A stretch of DNA of 64,000 bases from Candidatus Omnitrophota bacterium (GCA_016783745.1 JADHVZ010000001.1:9447-73446), one strand, 5' to 3'. Positions 8,848 through 18,150 are shown, counted from the stretch's first letter. Numbers and translations: made by a program. The notes: generated by a model from the letters alone, not told the origin.

Positions 8848-10677
8848 TTATTTTACCCCCAATATTTTCTTTAATTCTTCGAGTAACTTAGGATTAATTT
8901 TACACCCCAGCGCTTTTGCTTGTAGTATATCTCTTAGACTTTTATCATATTCTTTTTTGATATAATAGGCAATCCCTCGGTTGTTATAGGCTAAAGCATG
9001 GTTGGGGTCGATTTCTATTACCTTATTGTAATCTAATAACGCCTGGTTGATGTTGCCTTGTTTTCGATAAAGCAGGCCTCGATTAAGGTAGGCTAAATCA
9101 CAATTGGGGTCGATTTCTATTGTCTTGTTGTAATCTAAGAACGCCTGGTTGATGTTGCCCTTACTTCGATAGGTATTACCTCGATTATAGTAGGCTAAAG
9201 CATAGTTGGGGTCGATTTCTATTCCCTTGTTATAGTCTAAGAGTGCCTGGTCGAGGTTGCCTCGGTCTTGATAAAGCAGGCCTCGATTATAGTAGGCTAA
9301 AGCATAGTTGGGGTCGACTTCTATTGCCTTGCTGTAATCTAAGAATGCCTGGTCGAAGTTGCCTTTCTTTTTATAGGCATTCCCTCTGTTGTTGTATGGT
9401 CTGGCTTTATGGGGAGATTTACAAGTTACATCATTCCATAGAGTAAGCTCATCTTTCCAGACAAAATTTCTATAATAAGTTAATATTGAATAAGAAGTAA
9501 CTATCATAAGTAGAATTATAACCACCTGCTTTAGGGCATTCTTTCCGAAAAGATAATACATGCCACTTACTATAAAAAGGCTATAACCAACGATGGGTAA
9601 ATAAAGCCTGTGTTCAAATATTACATCATCAAGAGGCACAATGCTTGATTCCGGCAATAAAGTTATAAAAAACCAGAAAATACCAAATGACAGTAGTCTA
9701 TATCTAGGGAATATACGGATTGCGCCCATTATAATTGCGGCCAGGATAAATAAACTGCCTAATGTATTTATATCCATTAAGTTCTTAGCTATTGGGTAGT
9801 CATAGTCCAGATTCTGGTTTAACGGCGCAAAAAGAAGCCTTATGTAAGTTAATATAACGCGAAATTGAGTTAAAAAATACGCCCCCCCTTTATTGAGAGG
9901 CTTGTCTATTAACCGCTGTATGCACATAAAGTTTTCAGACCTGGTAGAAAATAATAATAAAGGAATAATTAATATTGTAATCAGGAAATATAAGGCGTAT
10001 TTCCAGTTAGCATATCTTTCTATATTAAAGAAACAAAATTCACATAATAGTACTATTAAAGGTAAGGTCGCCGCGTTTTCCTTAGTAAACATGCTGAGTA
10101 TGCAGAAAACGTAGGAAAAAGCGTAAAAAAAAGGCCATTTTGAGGTAGCTTTATTATCTATCTGTAATAGCCTTGTCTTAATATAGAAACATAGTGAAAA
10201 AAGATAAAAGAATCCTACTAAAGAACTACTCCTTTGCCATATGTAAGTGACAGATTGTGTCTGAACAGGGTGGGTTACGAATATTAAGCCTACAAATAAA
10301 GCTATAGAATCAGCGTATTTAGAAATAGCGTTCTTCTTCATTGTAGGCGTAGAAAGGATAAGTATAGTCAGCCAGAATACTAGAATAGCCGAAGCTAAAT
10401 GGATAGCTGTATTAAAGACATGATAGGAAAATACATTAACTTTGGAGAAATGATAGTTTAAAGCAAAGGTAAGAATAGTGATAAACCTGGCGGGCCAGGC
10501 ATTCCAAATATTTCGCAGATTCCAAATGTCTCTTATGGCAAAATTATTAACTATACCAGATCCGTCATCAAAATGAAATGAGTTAAAAAAAGTATTGGAG
10601 TAGACTATAAACCCGAATAAAAGCAGTATGATGATACTCAGTAATTTATAATTTCGATTAAAAAATCTTGTTAACAT
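8848..10677 (-). CDS. GT-C fold membrane glycosyltransferase (PMT/TMTC-like, DUF1736-type) with C-terminal TPR repeats
   Basis: Multi-TM N-terminal region with FHFDDGSGIVNN in the first loop (the DD/DE motif of GT39-like GT-C enzymes). The C-terminus has more than six TPR units (AYYNRG.LY...G....A..DYNK.IEIDPN). Very AT-rich. Confidence 0.6.
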   Translation of the reverse strand: MLTRFFNRNYKLLSIIILLLFGFIVYSNTFFNSFHFDDGSGIVNNFAIRDIWNLRNIWNAWPARFITILTFALNYHFSKVNVFSYHVFNTAIHLASAILVFWLTILILSTPTMKKNAISKYADSIALFVGLIFVTHPVQTQSVTYIWQRSSSLVGFFYLFSLCFYIKTRLLQIDNKATSKWPFFYAFSYVFCILSMFTKENAATLPLIVLLCEFCFFNIERYANWKYALYFLITILIIPLLLFSTRSENFMCIQRLIDKPLNKGGAYFLTQFRVILTYIRLLFAPLNQNLDYDYPIAKNLMDINTLGSLFILAAIIMGAIRIFPRYRLLSFGIFWFFITLLPESSIVPLDDVIFEHRLYLPIVGYSLFIVSGMYYLFGKNALKQVVIILLMIVTSYSILTYYRNFVWKDELTLWNDVTCKSPHKARPYNNRGNAYKKKGNFDQAFLDYSKAIEVDPNYALAYYNRGLLYQDRGNLDQALLDYNKGIEIDPNYALAYYNRGNTYRSKGNINQAFLDYNKTIEIDPNCDLAYLNRGLLYRKQGNINQALLDYNKVIEIDPNHALAYNNRGIAYYIKKEYDKSLRDILQAKALGCKINPKLLEELKKILGVK

Positions 10678-10788
10678 AATAATCCATTATCAATAGTTAA
10701 AAGCGACAGTTCTATTCTTTTGCGATATTTATATATTATACCAAATTGCGCTTACTGTAAATATTTTTTTATCATTGCATAGCAAAAT

Positions 10789-10860
10789 GGGGACAGACAC
10801 TTTTTACATAATTAGGGACGAAGCCTAATTACTAAAGTGTCTGTCCCTATTTTATCGTAG
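10789..10860. repeat. Nested palindromic element copy 1. The outer stem GGGGACAGACACTTT pairs with AAAGTGTCTGTCCC. The inner stem is AATTAGG with CCTAATT.
   Basis: Read directly. Right flank is ATTTTATCGTAGAG. It lies in the divergent intergenic region between the TPR-GT gene and the beta-CASP gene. Confidence 0.8.
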
Positions 10861-11025
10861 AGTTAGATACTTTCTACTTACTTGAATTTCACCCCTTTCC
10901 ACCTTGCCAAAACCAGCCCGCAGGAGTAAAATAATTACTTGCCACAAACAGATCAGGGTGTTGCAACAGTATCTTGAGCCTAAGGTCTGATATAGCTAAC
11001 CAAAACAAACGGATTTTTCCAATAT

Positions 11026-12318
11026 ATGAAACTAACCATTCATCGCGGGACTCAAGAAATCGGTGGTAGCTGTGTAGAGCTAAACACAGGAAAGTCTCGA
11101 ATACTTATAGATCTCGGAATGCCGCTTGTAAATGATAAAAAAGAGTCTTTTGATTCAAAAACACTTACCAATAAATCTCCGGATGATCTTAAAAAACTAA
11201 AAATCCTTCCTGACATAAAGGGTCTGTATAGAGGTGAAGAAAAAGCCATAGACGGCATTCTTATTTCTCATTCCCATATGGATCATTATGGGTTTCTCAA
11301 GTTTGTGAATCCTGATATACCGATCTATATGAGTGAAGGCGCTAAGATGTTGGTCGAGATATCGGATATTTTTATTCCTCATAAAACGGGGAATCTTAAT
11401 GTAAAGACTATTGATAAAATAAAGAGTTTTGCTATAGGAGAATTTAAGGTCGATTCGTATCTGGCAGATCATTCAGCTTTTGACGCGCGTGCGTTCTTGA
11501 TCGAAGCTGATGGTAAGAGAATATTCTATTCAGGTGATTTCAGGGCCCATGGGAGGAAAAGCGTTCTATTCAAGCGTATGATCTCGCATCCACCGGAAGC
11601 TATTGATGCCCTGCTTATGGAAGGATCAATGATCGGAAGGAGTAATCAGGCCTATAAAGATGAAAATGCCATACAGTCCCGGATCGAAAAGATCTTAAAA
11701 TCCAGCAATAACGTAACTTTCCTGTTTACCTCATCGCAAAATATTGATAGGCTCGTCTCAGCGTACAAGGCATGTATTAAAACCGGACATATCTTCGTAA
11801 TAGACATTTATACAGCTTATATTCTGGACAAGCTTAGAAAAGTATCAAAGGGCATTCCGCAATTCAACTGGCGAAACATCAAGGTAAAGTTTTTGAAAAA
11901 CCAGGCCGACACACTGGCAAAGAAGGTATCAACAAAACTTCTTTATCATTACAATACACAAAAGATAGACATATTCGAGATAAACAGAAAGAAAAACAAG
12001 ATCCTTATGCTTGCGCGTGATAATTCGATTTTTCCCAAGATCATAAAAGGCATAGACGATCCCAGAGGCGCAACAGTCATCTATTCAATGTGGGGAGGCT
12101 ATTTAAACGACAGATTCCGCGACTTCTGCGCAAATAAAGGCCTTACAATCGAACAAGTCCACACAAGCGGCCATGCTACAGTTGAGGATCTGGAAGCATT
12201 TGCGAAGGCCATAAGCCCAAAAACGTTAATACCGATCCATACTTTTGAAGGACAGAAATACCCGGAGATGTTTGAAAACGTTAGAATCTTAAAAGACGGC
12301 GAGCTTTTTGAGATTTAA
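11026..12318 (+). CDS. beta-CASP family metallo-beta-lactamase-fold nuclease (RNase J / CPSF-like core, no KH domain)
   Basis: N-terminal GTQEIGGSCVEL (compare CPSF73 GQEVGRSC), MBL motif HSHMDHYG, ADHSAF...SGDF, and the C-terminal beta-CASP motif-C HTSGHA. Confidence 0.7.
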   Translation: MKLTIHRGTQEIGGSCVELNTGKSRILIDLGMPLVNDKKESFDSKTLTNKSPDDLKKLKILPDIKGLYRGEEKAIDGILISHSHMDHYGFLKFVNPDIPIYMSEGAKMLVEISDIFIPHKTGNLNVKTIDKIKSFAIGEFKVDSYLADHSAFDARAFLIEADGKRIFYSGDFRAHGRKSVLFKRMISHPPEAIDALLMEGSMIGRSNQAYKDENAIQSRIEKILKSSNNVTFLFTSSQNIDRLVSAYKACIKTGHIFVIDIYTAYILDKLRKVSKGIPQFNWRNIKVKFLKNQADTLAKKVSTKLLYHYNTQKIDIFEINRKKNKILMLARDNSIFPKIIKGIDDPRGATVIYSMWGGYLNDRFRDFCANKGLTIEQVHTSGHATVEDLEAFAKAISPKTLIPIHTFEGQKYPEMFENVRILKDGELFEI

Positions 12319-12353
12319 ATGTTAGATACGCGCCATAAATAGGAGGATTTACT

Positions 12354-12755
12354 ATGCAGATAGAAGTGTTTTCTTTGTGTGACGCAGCTACGGTTAACGC
12401 CGGTAAGTTAAATATATTGGGAGCCTTTGATACGATTTGGGCAAGAAAAATACCGATTGTGCATCCCCAATGTTCCGTTGCTCTCAGAATCAGATTTGAT
12501 CGTATTGAAAAGGGCGACCATAGTATATCAGTAAATTTTGTTGATGAAGATGGTAAGCATATTATGCCGGCAGCCAACGGCACTATAAGAATAAATATCC
12601 AGAATGGGCAGCGTTCCGCATCCGCGCATTTAGTCCTGAATATACAGGGCCTTAATCTTAAGAGGTGCGGGGAATATTCAGTGGATCTGGCTATAGATGG
12701 CAGAAGGGATTTATCTTTACCTCTTTATGTGAGAGAACATAAAGAGCGAAAATAA
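12354..12755 (+). CDS. Hypothetical protein (133 aa) between two nuclease genes
   Basis: GGAG RBS and a compact same-strand arrangement. No motif recognised. Confidence 0.4.
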   Translation: MQIEVFSLCDAATVNAGKLNILGAFDTIWARKIPIVHPQCSVALRIRFDRIEKGDHSISVNFVDEDGKHIMPAANGTIRINIQNGQRSASAHLVLNIQGLNLKRCGEYSVDLAIDGRRDLSLPLYVREHKERK

Positions 12756-12812
12756 TCTCATTACACTTAACAGCGTAAAAACTAATAAAGCTTATTTAAG
12801 GAAGATGAGCCG

Positions 12813-13595
12813 ATGAAATTATTGCGGACTATAATTATATTCGATCTTGAGACAACCGGCACATGGGTTGAAAAGGATAAGATCGTTGAGATCGGCATGG
12901 TTAAATTGATGCCGGACGGGACAAGGCAGACTTATGTAAAGCGTGTCAATCCGGGTATGCCGATCCCAAGGAATGTCAGCCGCCTTATTAATATTAACGA
13001 TGATGACGTTAAAGACGCGCCGCCTTTTAAGGATATAGCTAAAGAAGTGACGGAGTTTATAGGCGATTCCGACCTGGGCGGGTTTAATATCCTGAGGTTT
13101 GATCTGCCTATTCTTGAGCGCGAGCTTTATGGTGCCGGCTTTAGCTTTTATTGGCGCGAACGGGACATTTACGATGCTCAAAAGGTTTATCACATACATG
13201 AAAAGAGAGATCTGACAGCCGCTTATAAACTATACTGCGATAAAGAGCTTGAGAATGCTCATTCCGCCCTTGGTGACGCTGAGGCGACAGTTGAGATATT
13301 TGATTCCCAGATCAAAAGGTATGGGGCTCCGGAACAGGGTATAGAGTCTTTGAAAGATTTTGATTACGAGCGCTCCAGCGCATATTTTGATAAAGAGCGT
13401 AAGTTTTTCTGGTGGAACGGGCATCTGTATCCCGTATTCGGAAAGTACGGAAGGAAAAAACATATACAAGATATACTTAAGATAGATCGTCGGTATTTAG
13501 AGTGGATGCTTAGCTCTGATTTTAGTGAAGAAGTTAAAATGATGATTAAAAATGTTCTCAGCGGCAAATTTCCGCAAGCACCCGAGAACTTATAA
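12813..13595 (+). CDS. DnaQ-like DEDDh 3'-5' exonuclease with a C-terminal extension
   Basis: Exo I motif IIFDLETTG, exo II, and exo III HSALGDAEAT (H-x4-D, DEDDh type). About 90 extra C-terminal residues of unknown function. Confidence 0.7.
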   Translation: MKLLRTIIIFDLETTGTWVEKDKIVEIGMVKLMPDGTRQTYVKRVNPGMPIPRNVSRLININDDDVKDAPPFKDIAKEVTEFIGDSDLGGFNILRFDLPILERELYGAGFSFYWRERDIYDAQKVYHIHEKRDLTAAYKLYCDKELENAHSALGDAEATVEIFDSQIKRYGAPEQGIESLKDFDYERSSAYFDKERKFFWWNGHLYPVFGKYGRKKHIQDILKIDRRYLEWMLSSDFSEEVKMMIKNVLSGKFPQAPENL

Positions 13596-13600
13596 TTTTT

Positions 13601-14779
13601 TTATCCCGTATGGTAATCCCAGACGGCTTTTATATCCGAAAGAGGAACCACAGAAAGCTTTTTCCCCAATTTATAATTTGTTTTTCCCGGGTATATAACC
13701 CATAAATGCGCAAGCTCGAGATCTTTTAAAGCTATTTCCATGGATCTCGTTTTTCTCGGGGCATCGGAGTATTTAAATTCTACGCCCCAGTTTTTTCCTT
13801 TATGCTGCCAAAAAAGATCTAGCTCAGCCCCCGCATGCGTTTGCCAAAAGTAAAGTTCCTCATCGCGTTTATTCAGGCTTCTGGCGATACACTCAAGAGC
13901 AAGGCCTTCCCATGAGGCGCCAAGCTTATTATGCGAGAAGAGTTGTTTTTTATTACCTATAGATATGAGAGAGTGAAAAATACCCGAATCTCGTATATAT
14001 ATTTTCGGGCGTTTTATAAGACGCTTTTTTGTATTGGTGTACCATGGTTGCAAAACTCTGAGCATAAAAGTTCCTTCAAGGATATTTATGTATTTTTTTA
14101 CAGTCATGTCTGAGATACCGAAAGAGCGGCCTATTTCCGAGTGATTTACCACCTGCGAATGATAATGGCTTATCATGATCCAGAATTTTCTAAGAGTGCG
14201 GGCAGGTATGAATATTCCCAGTTGCGGAATATCTCTCTCAAGAAAAGTGCTTATGTAATTTTCAAGCCATAAAAAAGATTCATCATATGATTTTGCCAGA
14301 TAAGATCTTGGGAAGCCTCCTCGCAGCCATAATTTTTGCAGGTTCTTTTTTCCTATGTCTGAAAGAGTAAACCCGCCCAGGCGATGATAGGCTATTCTTC
14401 CCGCAAGCGATTCCGAGCTTTGCTGTATTAAATCCTTTGAAGCGCTCCCCAGTATTAGGTATTTCTGTTTTGGGTTTGAATCTACGAGATAGCGGATAAG
14501 CTGGAAGATGTCGGGTGCGCGTTGTATTTCGTCTATTACTATAAGCCCCTTGAGGTCCTCAAGCGCTAGCTGGGGGTTTTCAAGCCCGACCGAATCGCGC
14601 GGGTTTTCAAGGTCAAAATAATACTCGAATCTAATTTGATTGGCGATAACAGTTTTTCCGCATTGCCTGGGTCCCAGGATTGCCGTAACCGGAAAAGAAG
14701 AAGTTAGGTTATTAATATTTTCAGTCTCGGTTTTTCTTTTGATCAGTTTTTTCATGCTATAAGTATACGCTATATTCAT
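13601..14779 (-). CDS. AAA+ ATPase, AAA_14/DUF4143 family
   Basis: Walker A ILGPRQCGKT, Walker B LIVIDEIQ, and a C-terminal DUF4143-like region. Architecture typical of this widespread family. Confidence 0.7.
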   Translation of the reverse strand: MNIAYTYSMKKLIKRKTETENINNLTSSFPVTAILGPRQCGKTVIANQIRFEYYFDLENPRDSVGLENPQLALEDLKGLIVIDEIQRAPDIFQLIRYLVDSNPKQKYLILGSASKDLIQQSSESLAGRIAYHRLGGFTLSDIGKKNLQKLWLRGGFPRSYLAKSYDESFLWLENYISTFLERDIPQLGIFIPARTLRKFWIMISHYHSQVVNHSEIGRSFGISDMTVKKYINILEGTFMLRVLQPWYTNTKKRLIKRPKIYIRDSGIFHSLISIGNKKQLFSHNKLGASWEGLALECIARSLNKRDEELYFWQTHAGAELDLFWQHKGKNWGVEFKYSDAPRKTRSMEIALKDLELAHLWVIYPGKTNYKLGKKLSVVPLSDIKAVWDYHTG

Positions 14780-14837
14780 TGAAAAGTCAAACTATAACCT
14801 TGAGATTTCAAGGCAAAATATAGCCATGTATTTATGT

Positions 14838-14876
14838 AATTAGGCTCCGCCCCTAATTACTAAAGTGTCTGTCCCC
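14838..14876. repeat. Partial copy of the palindromic element (inner AATTAGG/CCTAATT hairpin plus AAAGTGTCTGTCCCC arm only)
   Basis: Read directly. The left outer arm is absent and the loop sequence differs from copy 1. Confidence 0.7.
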
Positions 14877-14994
14877 ATTTTTCCCAAGCATATTTCGCTT
14901 GGGATTTATTGTTATTGGGGGTATAATTTATATAGCTTATTTACAAATAACACACTCCTTGTGAATAAACCGAAATAGGAACATTGGAGTACTT

Positions 14995-15795
14995 ATGCGA
15001 AAAATAGGACTACAAATTTTTATAACTTTAATATTCTTGTTATCCGTAGTCAGTGCCAGGGTTTACTGCGATGAAATAAATCTTAAGAATGGTAATTCTA
15101 TAAAAGGTATTATTATAAAAGAATCCGAAGGATCGTTGACTCTTGAGATCGGGATAGGATCCATTACTGTCTTGAAAGAAGATATGGAGAGCATAAACAG
15201 GACTACAGAAGAAGAAAACGATCTTTTGAGGTCAGAATGGACAAGAAATAAGGCGGATAGGCAAAAGGAGTATCAGCGCATGAAGGAAAATGCATCAGAG
15301 GCTAATGCGCAAGAGATCGATTTAGAAGCGTTAGATGGATCAAGAAAAGACAACGTCGCAAAAAAAGAGAGTGAAAAGGCCTCGTCGGAAAAACCCTGGT
15401 ATGATTTTACAAGCCCTGAATCGACTTTTAATAGTCATATGTATGCTTGCAAAGCCTTGGACTTTGAAAAAAGCGATCTGTGCTATACAAAAGAATTTCA
15501 GAGTTTCACTAAAACTAATAAAGAATATAGATCCCATCGCAATACCGGGCAGCTGCGAAACGCATATGACTATTGGCATAATAAACCCTATAAACTTGAA
15601 ATGCACAGAAACAAGGCCATAATGCGCTTTTCGCCCCCATTTAAAAGGCCGGAACCCTTCTATTTTGTTAAAGAGGCGGATGGCTGGAAAATAGACGGGA
15701 TGTTTTCGTTCAATAATTTAATAATCGAGAATAGCGGTGGCTGGTTTTGGCGTAATTCCAAAATCGACAACGAAAAGGTATGGTTAAGCAAATAG
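14995..15795 (+). CDS. Secreted hypothetical protein
   Basis: Signal peptide MRKIGLQIFITLIFLLSVVSA, 266 aa, no recognised domain. AT-rich. Confidence 0.45.
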   Translation: MRKIGLQIFITLIFLLSVVSARVYCDEINLKNGNSIKGIIIKESEGSLTLEIGIGSITVLKEDMESINRTTEEENDLLRSEWTRNKADRQKEYQRMKENASEANAQEIDLEALDGSRKDNVAKKESEKASSEKPWYDFTSPESTFNSHMYACKALDFEKSDLCYTKEFQSFTKTNKEYRSHRNTGQLRNAYDYWHNKPYKLEMHRNKAIMRFSPPFKRPEPFYFVKEADGWKIDGMFSFNNLIIENSGGWFWRNSKIDNEKVWLSK

Positions 15796-15846
15796 GTCGA
15801 ATATCACTATTCGCGCTTTAGCTGAATAGTCAGTCTGATTTTGGCA

Positions 15847-15879
15847 AAATGGGGCAGCTGTCCCCATTTTATCGTAGAG
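15847..15879. repeat. Reduced copy of the palindromic element (AAAATGGGG-CAGCTG-TCCCCATTTT followed by ATCGTAGAG)
   Basis: It shares both flanks (GCAAAATGGGG and CCCCATTTTATCGTAGAG) with copy 1, but the centre collapses to CAGCTG. Confidence 0.7.
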
Positions 15880-15958
15880 TTTTCGGCTCGTCGCCATCCC
15901 ATTGCCTTGCCAATTCCCCTCATTGCTGGTATACTTGAAGGAAACGAGGAGGCGTTGA

Positions 15959-16204
15959 ATGACAATTGAAATGATACGATCAGCGCTAGGCTGGTGTTCT
16001 ATAATCAATATAGGATTACTCCTGTGGTGGGTTTTTGTTATTACGTTGGCACACGATCGGGTCTATAAATTTCACGGGAAATGGTTTAAGTTGTCGGTAG
16101 AAAAGTTTGACGAGGTCCATTATACGGGCATGGCGTTCTTTAAGATAGCCATATTTCTTTTCAATATTGTCCCATATTTCGCATTACGCATTATTGGTTC
16201 ATAG
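15959..16204 (+). CDS. Small membrane protein
   Basis: 81 aa with two hydrophobic helices. It is the first of four consecutive small TM ORFs. Confidence 0.35.
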   Translation: MTIEMIRSALGWCSIINIGLLLWWVFVITLAHDRVYKFHGKWFKLSVEKFDEVHYTGMAFFKIAIFLFNIVPYFALRIIGS

Positions 16205-16218
16205 GAAAAGGGGGTAAC

Positions 16219-16452
16219 ATGCTGGTGGTATTATCGGTAAGCATTTTTGCGGTATGCCTGGCTGTGGGGTTTTTCCTGCTCTTACGGCCGGAGCTGGTGA
16301 TAGAGATGCAGAGGCGGTTCTATGCATTGATAAACTGGCGGATGGAGCCTATCTCTATGGAGAAGGAGATACGCAATACCAGGATAATGGGCGGTGCCTT
16401 GATCGTTCCGACCTTGGTAGTGATAGTCTTATTTATCGTAGCTAATGTATGA
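16219..16452 (+). CDS. Small membrane protein
   Basis: 77 aa with two TM helices. GGGG RBS-like sequence upstream. Confidence 0.35.
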   Translation: MLVVLSVSIFAVCLAVGFFLLLRPELVIEMQRRFYALINWRMEPISMEKEIRNTRIMGGALIVPTLVVIVLFIVANV

Positions 16453-16708
16453 ATTAGAAGACATGGACACGCAAAAACAACAAGCCCAAAAATGGTATTA
16501 TAAGACATCTGTCCTTGTAATAGCCTTTCTTTGCGTAGGGCCCCTGGCATTGCCGCTGGCGTGGCTCAATCCCACTTACACCAAGCTCAATAAGATAGTG
16601 ATAACTCTTATTATGCTAGTCGTTGCCTACTTTCTTTGGAATATCTGTGAGGATTCATTGAGGGCCATAGGAGATTATTACAAAATGTTCAAGGAATTGA
16701 ATTATTAA
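16445..16708 (+). CDS. Small membrane protein
   Basis: 87 aa with two TM helices. It overlaps the previous ORF by 8 nt. Confidence 0.35.
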   Translation: MYELEDMDTQKQQAQKWYYKTSVLVIAFLCVGPLALPLAWLNPTYTKLNKIVITLIMLVVAYFLWNICEDSLRAIGDYYKMFKELNY

Positions 16709-16772
16709 CGCGCAAAGATTGTCAGGCGCTTTGGTATACCAAGAAAGGATTATGCGCAATAGGTGAGGGAAA

Positions 16773-17039
16773 ATGATGCAGAAAGTAGCGTTTATAGCCG
16801 CAATTGTATTACCTTTGTGGAATATACCGCTTATCCTGAGAGTCATAAGTAGAAGATCCTCGGAAGATATAAGTATATACTGGGTGCTGGGGGTATGGAC
16901 ATGTTTTTTGCTGATGGCTCCGGAGGCCTTCCGATCCCCTGACCCTGTCTGGCGCGCGTTTAATATCATGAATCTTATACTTTTTTCCGCGGTTGTGATC
17001 GTTGTATTGATGTATCGAAAGCCCCAAAGGAGAGATTGA
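16773..17039 (+). CDS. SemiSWEET/PQ-loop-like small transporter (3 TM)
   Basis: LPLWNIPLILRVISRRSSEDISIYWVLG parallels the SemiSWEET PQ-loop signature (LPQIIKIIRTKSTEGIS). 88 aa. Confidence 0.45.
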   Translation: MMQKVAFIAAIVLPLWNIPLILRVISRRSSEDISIYWVLGVWTCFLLMAPEAFRSPDPVWRAFNIMNLILFSAVVIVVLMYRKPQRRD

Positions 17040-17165
17040 GCGATGATCCGTATTGATTATGATAAGTGCTGTTGGAAAGACGGCAAGTGTGTCAGCGGCT
17101 CTTGCGTACCGGCATGTAAATACGGCGCGATAATATCAGAAACATAAGAGGCAATAGGGGGCAGC

Positions 17166-17576
17166 ATGAGATTCGCGGTAAGCGGCCATAAAGAGGAAGC
17201 CTTAAAAGCGAAAATGGCTTTTTTGGGTATCAAAGAAGCGGATATTGAGGAAAAGTTCATACGCTCAGGCGGAAGGGGTGGGCAAAATGTCAACAAGACC
17301 TCCACGTGTGTCTATCTTAAGCACAAGCCTTCAGGGATAGAGGTCAAGTGCCAAAAGGAGCGCTCCCAGGCGTTAAATCGCTTCCTGGCTAGAAGGATCC
17401 TTACCAATAAGATCGAATCACTTATACTGGGTAAAAAGGCGGAAAAACAGAAGAGAATAGAGAAGATAAGGCGCCAGAAGCGAAAACGCTCCAAGAAAGC
17501 CAAAGAGAAGATCCTCAGATATAAAAAGATGCGCTCGGAAAAGAAGAAACTGCGAAGGCCTCCCGACGTAGAATAA
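17166..17576 (+). CDS. arfB: Peptidyl-tRNA hydrolase ArfB (YaeJ-type alternative ribosome-rescue factor)
   Basis: GGQ motif in [16 protein letters not shown] and the characteristic basic C-terminal tail. 136 aa. Confidence 0.75.
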   Translation: MRFAVSGHKEEALKAKMAFLGIKEADIEEKFIRSGGRGGQNVNKTSTCVYLKHKPSGIEVKCQKERSQALNRFLARRILTNKIESLILGKKAEKQKRIEKIRRQKRKRSKKAKEKILRYKKMRSEKKKLRRPPDVE

Positions 17577-17725
17577 GGAGAGAGCGGATGTTGCCAAAAA
17601 TAAAAAAAGCCCACAAACTACATGGACTTTTTATTATAGGTTGTAGGCCTATTTAGCTTTCGCTACTTACTAACCACCTCCTAACCTATAACAAGTATAC
17701 CTGACAGACAAGGCTAATTCAAGTA

Positions 17726-17754
17726 TTGCAATTTCCTAACTTTTACGATATAAT
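17726..17754 (+). promoter_or_regulatory. Sigma-70-like promoter TTGCAA-17-TATAAT upstream of the lipoprotein gene
   Basis: Near-consensus hexamers with a 17-nt spacer, about 40 nt upstream of the 17797 start. Confidence 0.45.
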
Positions 17755-17796
17755 CCCAATTAGACGCGCAATAGAGCGTGTTAGAAGGAGACAAAC

Positions 17797-18147
17797 ATGC
17801 AAAGAATAGTAAAAATGCTTATACCGGTTATCCTGATGAGTTTTTTTGCAGTCGGATGCGGCGGCAGAGTAAGCGAGACCAGGCCCATACCTGAAATAAA
17901 GACAGAGGCCCAGGCGATGTCAGTGAATCAGCTTAAAGCCATAATAGCTAAATATGAACAGGCGATCCAGCTCAAAAAAGCCGAGATCGCCAAATTGACT
18001 GAAAGGATCAAGCAGATCCCAATAGCTGATATGCTTGGAGAAGAGTCAAATAAGATCAAGGTCGATATCAAGAGTATGTCAACTTCCATAAGAGCGCTTA
18101 TGGATAGGCTTAATGTCTATTCACAGGAACTAAGCAAGAAGCTCTAA
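17797..18147 (+). CDS. Lipoprotein with coiled-coil region
   Basis: Signal peptide plus lipobox (FFAVGCGG), then a heptad-rich sequence. Confidence 0.45.
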   Translation: MQRIVKMLIPVILMSFFAVGCGGRVSETRPIPEIKTEAQAMSVNQLKAIIAKYEQAIQLKKAEIAKLTERIKQIPIADMLGEESNKIKVDIKSMSTSIRALMDRLNVYSQELSKKL

Positions 18148-18150
18148 GGC

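Noticed and set aside
8657-8965. 102-aa plus-strand ORF treated as an intact gene
   Set aside because: Only the first ~56 codons resemble a protein, a serine-recombinase N-terminus with the catalytic Ser lost. The rest is the antisense of the TPR gene 3' end. It is called a pseudogene fragment instead.
17043-17150. 35-codon Cys-rich ORF as a ferredoxin
   Set aside because: The Cys spacing (CC-x5-C-x4-C-x3-C) does not fit the CxxCxxCxxxCP 4Fe-4S motif. It is kept only as a note within the small-ORF finding.
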